A DNA stretch of 64,000 nucleotides, taken from Laetmonice hystrix (taxonomy: Eukaryota). The DNA lies in the NCBI GenBank assembly GCA_965235115.1, contig OZ249436.1, positions 47,246,001-47,310,000 on the forward strand, read 5' to 3'. The position numbers and the translations under genes were made by a program. Shown here one piece after another: positions 52,901 through 64,000 of the stretch; within the stretch, counting starts at the first letter, position 1; every line of letters starts with the position of its first letter. A model generated the notes under the pieces. That model was not told the origin of the DNA and did no database searches. It worked only from the letters and a program-made list of their open reading frames with translations.

Positions 52901-55900
52901 GTCTATCATCTACTCCCATCTAATCTGTGTCCCCTACATACCATCTGTAAGCGTCCGACAACGTTGTCAGGCCGTCCCAATGACTGTTTGCCGTCAAGGT
53001 TTAGTTAACAATGGCAAATGACGTTGAACGCCTATTCTATATCAGATATCCCATCCCCAAGTAACAAACAAACAAAGGATGATTACCCAGAGATATTGCC
53101 GGCAGAAAACACCAGGGTGCAGCTGACGGCGCTGACTGCACTGCCGCCTTCCGGCCAGCGGTGGAATCACCACGTAAACCTCGCCGGGCTGGCAGGCACC
53201 TGTGGCCCTGAGGCGAGAGACAGGTTAAAGCAACGATAAGCGAAACATTTCTACATTTTTGTAAGTCAAATTGAATGTACGGCCCCCAAAATTATTATTC
53301 TTAGGCCAGATGTATAATTGTCAAGCGTATAGGTCTCGTACGTTCGCTACAGATATATGGTTGTGATGTGTACACTTTCCATTTGAGTATCTTCTCCTGA
53401 TTTTAACATTAGATGCTCCTCGCCTGTACCTTTCATTTTCACTACCTCACTGTAGTGTTTGCATGGCTACTATAGGCCAGCTGGTAAGTTGTAGGGACTT
53501 CTCACTCGACTGGTTGGCCTCCCACACTGCTTGGCTCCATAGTGTACTCACTGTACTCTTTGGCCTCACTGTAGTGTTCGTTTGGGTGCTAAGCCAGCCA
53601 GTATACCATGTAGCGATTCCTCCCCGTACTGTTTGGCCTCCCTGTACCGTTTGCTTGTATACAAGAGTAGCCAGTAGTATAGGGACGCCTCATGTTTCAG
53701 TTTCCATGCCTTTATTGTCCAGGAGGCAGGCCATCCGTTTCGTCTATCATCTACTCCCATCTAATCTGTGTCCCCTACATACCATCTGTAAGCGTCCGAC
53801 AACGTTGTCAGGCCGTCCCAATGACTCTTTGCCGTCAAGGTTTAGTTAACAATGGCAAATGACGTTGAACGCCTATTCTATATCAGATATCCCATCCCCA
53901 AGTAACAAACAAACAAAGGATGATTACCCAGAGATATTGCCGGCAGAAAACACCAGGGTGCAGCTGACGGCGCTGACTGCACTGCCGCCTTCCGGCCAGC
54001 GGTGGAATCACCACGTACACCTCGCCGGGCTGGCAGGCACCTGTGGCCCTGAGGCGAGAGACAGGTTAAAGCAACGATAAGCGAAACATTTCTACATTTT
54101 TGTACGTCAAATTGAATGTACGGCCCCCAAAATTATTATTCTTAGGCCAGATGTATAATTGTCAAGCGTATAGGTCTCGTACGTTCGCTACAGATATATG
54201 GTTGTGATGTGTACACTTCCCATTTGAGTATCTTCTCCTGATTTTAACATTAGATCCTCCTCGCCTGTACCTTTCATTTTCACTTCCTCACTGTAGTGTT
54301 TGCATGGCTACTATAGGCCAGCTGGTAAGTTGTAGGGACTTCTCACTCTACTGGTTGGCCTCCCACACTGCTTGGCTCCATAGTGTACTCACTGTACTCT
54401 TTGGCCTCACTGTAGTGTTCGTTTGGGTGCTAAGCCAGCCAGTATACCATGTAGCGATTAATCCCCGTACTGTTTGGCCTCCCTGTACCGTTTGCTTGTA
54501 TACAAGAGTAGCCAGTAGTATAGGGACGCCTCATGTTTCAGTTTCCATGCCTTTATTGTCCAGGAGGCAGGCCATCCGTTTCGTCTATCATCTACTCCCA
54601 TCTAATCTGTGTCCCCTACATACCATCTGTAAGCGTCCGACAACGTTGTCAGATCGTCCCAATGACTGTTTGCCGTCAAGGTTTAGTTAACAATGGCAAA
54701 TGACGTTGAACGCCTATTCTATATCAGATATCCCATCCCCACGTAACAAACAAACAAAGGATGATTACCCAGAGATATTGCCGGCAGAAAACACCAGGGT
54801 GCAGCTGACGGCGCTGACTGCACTGCCGCCTTCCGGCCAGCGGTGGAATCACCACGTACACCTCGCCGGGCTGGCAGGCACCTGTGGCCCTGAGGCAATA
54901 GAGACAGGTTAAAGCAACGATAAGCGAAACATTTCTACATTTTTGTACGTCAAATTGAATGTACGGCCCCCAAAATTATTATTCTTAGGCCAGATGTATA
55001 ATTGTCAAGCGTATAGGTCTCGTACGTTCGCTACAGATATATGGTTGTGATGTGTACACTTCCCATTTCAGTATCTTCTCCTGATTTTAACATTAGATCC
55101 TCCTCGCCTGTACCTTTCATTTTCACTACCTCACTGTAGTGTTTGCATGGCTACTATAGGCCAGCTGGTAAGTTGTAGGGATTTCTCACTCTACTGGTTG
55201 GCCTCCCACACTGCTTGGCTCCATAGTGTACTCACTGTACTCTTTGGCCTCACTGTAGTGTTCGTTTGGGTGCTAAGCCAGCCAGTATACCATGTAGCGA
55301 TTCCTCCCCGTACTGTTTGGCCTCCCTGTACCGTTTGCTTGTATACAAGAGTAGCCAGTAGTATAGGGACGCCTCATGTTTCAGTTTCCATGCCTTTATT
55401 GTCCAGGAGGCAGGCCATCCGTTTCGTCTATCATCTACTCCCATCTAATCTGTGTCCCCTACATACCATCTGTAAGCGTCCGACAACGTTGTCAGGCCGT
55501 CCCAATGACTGTTTGCCGTCAAGGTTTAGTTAACAATGGCAAATGACGTTGAACGCCTATTCTATATCAGATATCCCATCCCCAAGTAACAAACAAACAA
55601 AGGATGATTACCCAGAGATATTGCCGGCAGAAAACACCAGGGTGCAGCTGACGGCGCTGACTGCACTGCCGCCTTCCGGCCAGCGGTGGAATCACCACGT
55701 AAACCTCGCCCGGGCTGGCAGGCACCTGTGGCCCTGAGGCGAGAGACAGGTTAAAGCAACGATAAGCGAAACATTTCTACATTTTTGTAAGTCAAATTGA
55801 ATGTACGGCCCCCAAAATTATTATTCTTAGGCCAGATGTATAATTGTCAAGCGTATAGGTCTCGTACGTTCGCTACAGATATATGGTTGTGATGTGTACA

Positions 55901-58900
55901 CTTCCCATTTGAGTATCTTCTCCTGATTTTAACATTAGATGCTCCTCGCCTGTACCTTTCATTTTCACTACCTCACTGTAGTGTTTGCATGGCTACTATA
56001 GGCCAGCTGGTAAGTTGTAGGGACTTCTCACTCGACTGGTTGGCCTCCCACACTGCTTGGCTCCATAGTGTACTCACTGTACTCTTTGGCCTCACTGTAG
56101 TGTTCGTTTGGGTGCTAAGCCAGCCAGTATACCATGTAGCGATTCCTCCCCGTACTGTTTGGCCTCCCTGTACCGTTTGCTTGTATACAAGAGTAGCCAG
56201 TAGTATAGGGACGCCTCATGTTTCAGTTTCCATGCCTTTATTGTCCAGGAGGCAGGCCATCCGTTTCGTCTATCATCTACTCCCATCTAATCTGTGTCCC
56301 CTACATACCATCTGTAAGCGTCCGACAACGTTGTCAGATCGTCCCAATGACTGTTTGCCGTCAAGGTTTAGTTAACAATGGCAAATGACGTTGAACACCT
56401 ATTCTATATCAGATATCCCATCCCCAAGTAACAAACAAACAAAGGATGATTACCCAGAGATATTGCCGGCAGAAAACACCAGGGTGCAGCTGACGGCGCT
56501 GACTGCACTGCCGCCTTCCGGCCAGCGGTGGAATCACCACGTACACCTCGCCGGGCTGGCAGGCACCTGTGGCCCTGAGGCGAGAGACAGGTTAAAGCAA
56601 CGATAAGCGAAACATTTCTACATTTTTGTACGTCAAATTGAATGTACGGCCCCCAAAATTATTATTCTTAGGCCAGATGTATAATTGTCAAGCGTATAGG
56701 TCTCGTACGTTCGCTACAGATATATGGTTGTGATGTGTACACTTCCCATTTGAGTATCTTCTCCTGATTTTAACATTAGATCCTCCTCGCCTGTACCTTT
56801 CATTTTCACTACCTCACTGTAGTGTTTGCATGGCTACTATAGGCCAGCTGGTAAGTTGTAGGGACTTCTCACTCTACTGGTTGGCCTCCCACACTGCTTG
56901 GCTCCATAGTGTACTCACTGTACTCTTTGGCCTCACTGTAGTGTTCGTTTGGGTGCTAAGCCAGCCAGTGTACCTTGTAGCGATTCCTCCCCGTACTGTT
57001 TGGCCTCCCTGTACCGTTTGCTTGTATACAAGAGTAGCCAGTAGTATAGGGACGCCTCATGTTTCAGTTTCCATGCCTTTATTGTCCAGGAGGCAGGCCA
57101 TCCATTTCGTCTATCATCTACTCCCATCTAATCTGTGTCCCCTACATACCATCTGTAAGCGTCCGACAACGTTGTCAGGTCGTCCCAATGACTGTTTGCC
57201 GTCAAGGTTTAGTTAACAATGGCAAATGACGTTGAACGCCTATTCTATATCAGATATCCCATCCCCAAGTAACAAACAAACAAAAGATGATTACCCAGAG
57301 ATATTGCCGGAAGAAAACACCAGGGTGCAGCTGACGGCGCTGACTGCACTGCCGCCTTCCGGCCAGCGGTGGAATCACCACGTACACCTGGCCGGGCTGG
57401 CAGGCACCTGTGGCCCTGAAGCGAGAGACAGGTTAAAGCAATGATAAGCAAAAAATGACTACATTTTTGATACGTCAAATTGAAAGTACGGCCCCCAAAA
57501 TTATTATTCTTAGGCCAGATGTATAATTGTCAAGCGTATAGGTCTCGTACGTTCGCTACAGATATATGGTTGTGATGTGTACACTTCCCATTTGAGTATC
57601 TTCTCCTGATTTTAACATTAGATCCTCCTCGCCTGTACCTTTCATTTTCACTACCTCACTGTAGTGTTTGCATGGCTACTATAGGCCAGCTGATAAGTTG
57701 TAGGGATTTCTCACTCTACTGGTTGGCCTCCCACACTGCTTGGCTCCATAGTGTACTCACTGTACTCTTTGGCCTCACTGTAGTGTTCGTTTGGATGCTA
57801 GGCCAGCCAGTATACCATGTAGCGATTCCTCCCCGTACTGTTTGGCAAGAGTAGCCAGTAGTATAGGGACGCCTCATGTTTCAGTTTCCATGCCTTTATT
57901 GTCCAGGAGGCAGGCCATCCGTTTCGTCTATCATCTACTCCCATCTAATCTGTGTCCCCTACATACCATCTGTAAGCGTCCGACAACGTTGTCAGGCCGT
58001 CCCAATGACTCTTTGCCGTCAAGGTTTAGTTAACAATGGCAAATGACGTTGAACGCCTATTCTATATCAGATATCCCATCCCCACGTAACAAACAAACAA
58101 AGGATGATTACCCAGAGATATTGCCGGCAGAAAACACCAGGGTGCAGCTGACGGCGCTGACTGCACTGCCGCCTTCCGGCCAGCGGTGGAATCACCACGT
58201 ACACCTCGCCGGGCTGGCAGGCACCTGTGGCCCTGAGGCGAGAGACAGGTTAAAGCAACGATAAGCGAAACATTTCTACATTTTTGTACGTCAAATTGAA
58301 TGTACGGCCCCCAAAATTATTATTCTTAGGCCAGATGTATAATTGTCAAGCGTATAGGTCTCGTACGTTCGCTACAGATATATGGTTGTGATGTGTACAC
58401 TTCCCATTTGAGTATCTTCTCCTGATTTTAACATTAGATCCTCCTCGCCTGTACCTTTCATTTTCACTACCTCACTGTAGTGTTTGCATGGCTACTATAG
58501 GCCAGCTGATAAGTTGTAGGGATTTCTCACTCTACTGGTTGGCCTCCCACACTGCTTGGCTCCATAGTGTACTCACTGTACTCTTTGGCCTCACTGTAGT
58601 GTTCGTTTGGATGCTAGGCCAGCCAGTATACCATGTAGCGATTCCTCCCCGTACTGTTTGGCAAGAGTAGCCAGTAGTATAGGGACGCCTCATGTTTCAG
58701 TTTCCATGCCTTTATTGTCCAGGAGGCAGGCCATCCGTTTCGTCTATCATCTACTCCCATCTAATCTGTGTCCCCTACATACCATCTGTAAGCGTCCGAC
58801 AACGTTGTCAGGCCGTCCCAATGACTCTTTGCCGTCAAGGTTTAGTTAACAATGGCAAATGACGTTGAACGCCTATTCTATATCAGATATCCCATCCCCA

Positions 58901-61900
58901 AGTAACAAACAAACAAAGGATGATTACCCAGAGATATTGCCGGCAGAAAACACCAGGGTGCAGCTGACGGCGCTGACTGCACTGCCGCCTTCCGGCCAGC
59001 GGTGGAATCACCACGTACACCTCGCCGGGCTGGCAGGCACCTGTGGCCCTGAGGCGAGAGACAGGTTAAAGCAACGATAAGCGAAACATTTCTACATTTT
59101 TGTACGTCAAATTGAATGTACGGCCCCCAAAATTATTATTCTTAGGCCAGATGTATAATTGTCAAGCGTATAGGTCTCGTACGTTCGCTACAGATATATG
59201 GTTGTGATGTGTACACTTCCCATTTGAGTATCTTCTCCTGATTTTAACATTAGATCCTCCTCGCCTGTACCTTTCATTTTCACTTCCTCACTGTAGTGTT
59301 TGCATGGCTACTATAGGCCAGCTGGTAAGTTGTAGGGACTTCTCACTCTACTGGTTGGCCTCCCACACTGCTTGGCTCCATAGTGTACTCACTGTACTCT
59401 TTGGCCTCACTGTAGTGTTCGTTTGGGTGCTAAGCCAGCCAGTATACCATGTAGCGATTCCTCCCCGTACTGTTTGGCCTCCCTGTACCGTTTGCTTGTA
59501 TACAAGAGTAGCCAGTAGTATAGGGACGCCTCATGTTTCAGTTTCCATGCCTTTATTGTCCAGGAGGCAGGCCATCCGTTTCGTCTATCATCTACTCCCA
59601 TCTAATCTGTGTCCCCTACATACCATCTGTAAGCGTCCGACAACGTTGTCAGATCGTCCCAATGACTGTTTGCCGTCAAGGTTTAGTTAACAATGGCAAA
59701 TGACGTTGAACACCTATTCTATATCAGATATCCCATCCCCAAGTAACAAACAAACAAAGGATGATTACCCAGAGATATTGCCGGCAGAAAACACCAGGGT
59801 GCAGCTGACGGCGCTGACTGCACTGCCGCCTTCCGGCCAGCGGTGGAATCACCACGTACACCTCGCCGGGCTGGCAGGCACCTGTGGCCCTGAGGCGAGA
59901 GACAGGTTAAAGCAACGATAAGCGAAACATTTCTACATTTTTGTACGTCAAATTGAATGTACGGCCCCCAAAATTATTATTCTTAGGCCAGATGTATAAT
60001 TGTCAAGCGTATAGGTCTCGTACGTTCGCTACAGATATATGGTTGTGATGTGTACACTTCCCATTTGAGTATCTTCTCCTGATTTTAACATTAGATCCTC
60101 CTCGCCTGTACCTTTCATTTTCACTACCTCACTGTAGTGTTTGCATGGCTACTATAGGCCAGCTGGTAAGTTGTAGGGACTTCTCACTCTACTGGTTGGC
60201 CTCCCACACTGCTTGGCTCCATAGTGTACTCACTGTACTCTTTGGCCTCACTGTAGTGTTCGTTTGGGTGCTAAGCCAGCCAGTGTACCTTGTAGCGATT
60301 CCTCCCCGTACTGTTTGGCCTCCCTGTACCGTTTGCTTGTATACAAGAGTAGCCAGTAGTATAGGGACGCCTCATGTTTCAGTTTCCATGCCTTTATTGT
60401 CCAGGAGGCAGGCCATCCATTTCGTCTATCATCTACTCCCATCTAATCTGTGTCCCCTACATACCATCTGTAAGCGTCCGACAACGTTGTCAGGTCGTCC
60501 CAATGACTGTTTGCCGTCAAGGTTTAGTTAACAATGGCAAATGACGTTGAACGCCTATTCTATATCAGATATCCCATCCCCAAGTAACAAACAAACAAAA
60601 GATGATTACCCAGAGATATTGCCGGAAGAAAACACCAGGGTGCAGCTGACGGCGCTGACTGCACTGCCGCCTTCCGGCCAGCGGTGGAATCACCACGTAC
60701 ACCTGGCCGGGCTGGCAGGCACCTGTGGCCCTGAAGCGAGAGACAGGTTAAAGCAATGATAAGCAAAAAATGACTACATTTTTGATACGTCAAATTGAAA
60801 GTACGGCCCCCAAAATTATTATTCTTAGGCCAGATGTATAATTGTCAAGCGTATAGGTCTCGTACGTTCGCTACAGATATATGGTTGTGATGTGTACACT
60901 TCCCATTTGAGTATCTTCTCCTGATTTTAACATTAGATCCTCCTCGCCTGTACCTTTCATTTTCACTACCTCACTGTAGTGTTTGCATGGCTACTATAGG
61001 CCAGCTGATAAGTTGTAGGGATTTCTCACTCTACTGGTTGGCCTCCCACACTGCTTGGCTCCATAGTGTACTCACTGTACTCTTTGGCCTCACTGTAGTG
61101 TTCGTTTGGATGCTAGGCCAGCCAGTATACCATGTAGCGATTCCTCCCCGTACTGTTTGGCAAGAGTAGCCAGTAGTATAGGGACGCCTCATGTTTCAGT
61201 TTCCATGCCTTTATTGTCCAGGAGGCAGGCCATCCGTTTCGTCTATCATCTACTCCCATCTAATCTGTGTCCCCTACATACCATCTGTAAGCGTCCGACA
61301 ACGTTGTCAGGCCGTCCCAATGACTCTTTGCCGTCAAGGTTTAGTTAACAATGGCAAATGACGTTGAACGCCTATTCTATATCAGATATCCCATCCCCAC
61401 GTAACAAACAAACAAAGGATGATTACCCAGAGATATTGCCGGCAGAAAACACCAGGGTGCAGCTGACGGCGCTGACTGCACTGCCGCCTTCCGGCCAGCG
61501 GTGGAATCACCACGTACACCTCGCCGGGCTGGCAGGCACCTGTGGCCCTGAGGCGAGAGACAGGTTAAAGCAACGATAAGCGAAACATTTCTACATTTTT
61601 GTACGTCAAATTGAATGTACGGCCCCCAAAATTATTATTCTTAGGCCAGATGTATAATTGTCAAGCGTATAGGTCTCGTACGTTCGCTACAGATATATGG
61701 TTGTGATGTGTACACTTCCCATTTGAGTATCTTCTCCTGATTTTAACATTAGATCCTCCTCGCCTGTACCTTTCATTTTCACTACCTCACTGTAGTGTTT
61801 GCATGGCTACTATAGGCCAGCTGGTAAGTTGTAGGGATTTCTCACTCTACTGGTTGGCCTCCCACACTGCTTGGCTCCATAGTGTACTCACTGTACTCTT

Positions 61901-64000
61901 TGGCCTCACTGTAGTGTTCGTTTGGGTGCTAAGCCAGCCAGTATACCATGTAGCGATTCCTCCCCGTACTGTTTGGCCTCCCTGTACCGTTTGCTTATAT
62001 ACAAGAGTAGCCAGTAGTATAGGGACGCCTCATGTTTCAGTTTCCATGCCTTTATTGTCCAGGAGGCAGGCCATCCGTTTCGTCTATCATCTACTCCCAT
62101 CTAATCTGTGTCCCCTACATACCATCTGTAAGCGTCCGACAACGTTGTCAGATCGTCCCAATGACTGTTTGCCGTCAAGGTTTAGTTAACAATGGCAAAT
62201 GACGTTGAACGCCTATTCTATATCAGATATCCCATCCCCAAGTAACAAACAAACAAAGGATGATTACCCAGAGATATTGCCGGCAGAAAACACCAGGGTG
62301 CAGCTGACGGCGCTGACTGCACTGCCGCCTTCCGGCCAGCGGTGGAATCACCACGTACACCTCGCCGGGCTGGCAGGCACCTGTGGCCCTGAGGCGAGAG
62401 ACAGGTTAAAGCAACGATAAGCGAAACATTTCTACATTTTTGTACGTCAAATTGAATGTACGGCCCCCAAAATTATTATTCTTAGGCCAGATGTATAATT
62501 GTCAAGCGTATAGGTCTCGTACGTTCGCTACAGATATATGGTTGTGATGTGTACACTTCCCATTTGAGTATCTTCTCCTGATTTTAACATTAGATCCTCC
62601 TCGCCTGTACCTTTCATTTTCACTACCTCACTGTAGTGTTTGCATGGCTACTATAGGCCAGCTGATAAGTTGTAGGGATTTCTCACTCTACTGGTTGGCC
62701 TCCCACACTGCTTGGCTCCATAGTGTACTCACTGTACTCTTTGGCCTCACTGTAGTGTTCGTTTGGATGCTAGGCCAGCCAGTATACCTTGTAGCGATTC
62801 CTCCCCGTACTGTTTGGCAAGAGTAGCCAGTAGTATAGGGACGCCTCATGTTTCAGTTTCCATGCCTTTATTGTCCAGGAGGCAGGCCATCCGTTTCGTC
62901 TATCATCTACTCCCATCTAATCTGTGTCCCCTACATACCATCTGTAAGCGTCCGACAACGTTGTCAGGCCGTCCCAATGACTCTTTGCCGTCAAGGTTTA
63001 GTTAACAATGGCAAATGACGTTGAACGCCTATTCTATATCAGATATCCCATCCCCAAGTAACAAACAAACAAAGGATGATTACCCAGAGATATTGCCGGC
63101 AGAAAACACCAGGGTGCAGCTGACGGCGCTGACTGCACTGCCGCCTTCCGGCCAGCGGTGGAATCACCACGTACACCTCGCCGGGCTGGCAGGCACCTGT
63201 GGCCCTGAGGCGAGAGACAGGTTAAAGCAACGATAAGCGAAACATTTCTACATTTTTGTACGTCAAATTGAATGTACGGCCCCCAAAATTATTATTCTTA
63301 GGCCAGATGTATAATTGTCAAGCGTATAGGTCTCGTACGTTCGCTACAGATATATGGTTGTGATGTGTACACTTCCCATTTGAGTATCTTCTCCTGATTT
63401 TAACATTAGATCCTCCTCGCCTGTACCTTTCATTTTCACTTCCTCACTGTAGTGTTTGCATGGCTACTATAGGCCAGCTGGTAAGTTGTAGGGACTTCTC
63501 ACTCTACTGGTTGGCCTCCCACACTGCTTGGCTCCATAGTGTACTCACTGTACTCTTTGGCCTCACTGTAGTGTTCGTTTGGGTGCTAAGCCAGCCAGTA
63601 TACCATGTAGCGATTCCCCCCCGTACTGTTTGGCCTCCCTGTACCGTTTGCTTGTATACAAGAGTAGCCAGTAGTATAGGGACGCCTCATGTTTCAGTTT
63701 CCATGCCTTTATTGTCCAGGAGGCAGGCCATCCGTTTCGTCTATCATCTACTCCCATCTAATCTGTGTCCCCTACATACCATCTGTAAGCGTCCGACAAC
63801 GTTGTCAGATCGTCCCAATGACTGTTTGCCGTCAAGGTTTAGTTAACAATGGCAAATGACGTTGAACGCCTATTCTATATCAGATATCCCATCCCCACGT
63901 AACAAACAAACAAAGGATGATTACCCAGAGATATTGCCGGCAGAAAACACCAGGGTGCAGCTGACGGCGCTGACTGCACTGCCGCCTTCCGGCCAGCGGT
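38274..64000. repeat. 14-monomer HOR (11,679 bp): 38274-49952, 49953-61631, partial 61632-64000 (also present at 24103-35781)
   Basis: Markers gcttatata, attcccccccg, aggaagcagg, ggcaatagag and cctcgcccggg recur at +11,679 (unit ORF starts 38445->50124->61803). Confidence 0.93.

Larger units (their letters stand above)
1..64000. repeat. Tandem satellite/macrosatellite array, monomer 816-843 bp, 76 full copies + 1 partial, running off both window ends
   Basis: The sequence ttattattcttaggccagatgtataattgtc recurs at 1, 817, 1658, 2483 ... 63289. The ORF track repeats with spacings of 816, 825 or 841-843 bp. I found no non-repeat insertion or inversion. Confidence 0.99.

Noticed and set aside
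1..64000. CRISPR array or rDNA/5S/tRNA/histone gene cluster
   Set aside because: There are no unique spacers or cas genes, and I recognised no conserved rRNA, 5S, tRNA or histone sequence on either strand.

Overview
The whole 64 kb is one uninterrupted head-to-tail tandem array (satellite/macrosatellite-like DNA, probably eukaryotic) of a ~0.82-0.84 kb monomer: 76 complete copies plus a partial 77th, all in one orientation. Monomers fall into three length classes: A = 816 bp, C = 825 bp (+9 bp) and B = 841-843 bp (+25 bp). Diagnostic variants show nested higher-order repeats (HORs): a 2-mer (1666 bp) and a 5-mer (4141 bp) on the left, a less homogenised middle zone (~14.9-21.6 kb), then a 17-mer (14,171 bp) x2 whose 14-mer part (11,679 bp) repeats further on the right. 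The monomer is composite. It holds a decayed 18-bp minisatellite nested in a ~119-bp internal duplication, a GC-rich ~120-bp block that looks like a minus-strand exon (or a structured RNA), and a dimorphic A/T-rich tail. I recognise no protein-coding gene, rRNA, tRNA, CRISPR array or transposase; the supplied ORFs look like incidental by-products of the repeat. Functional ideas below (captured exons, HDV-like fold, Sm-site RNA) are hypotheses only.
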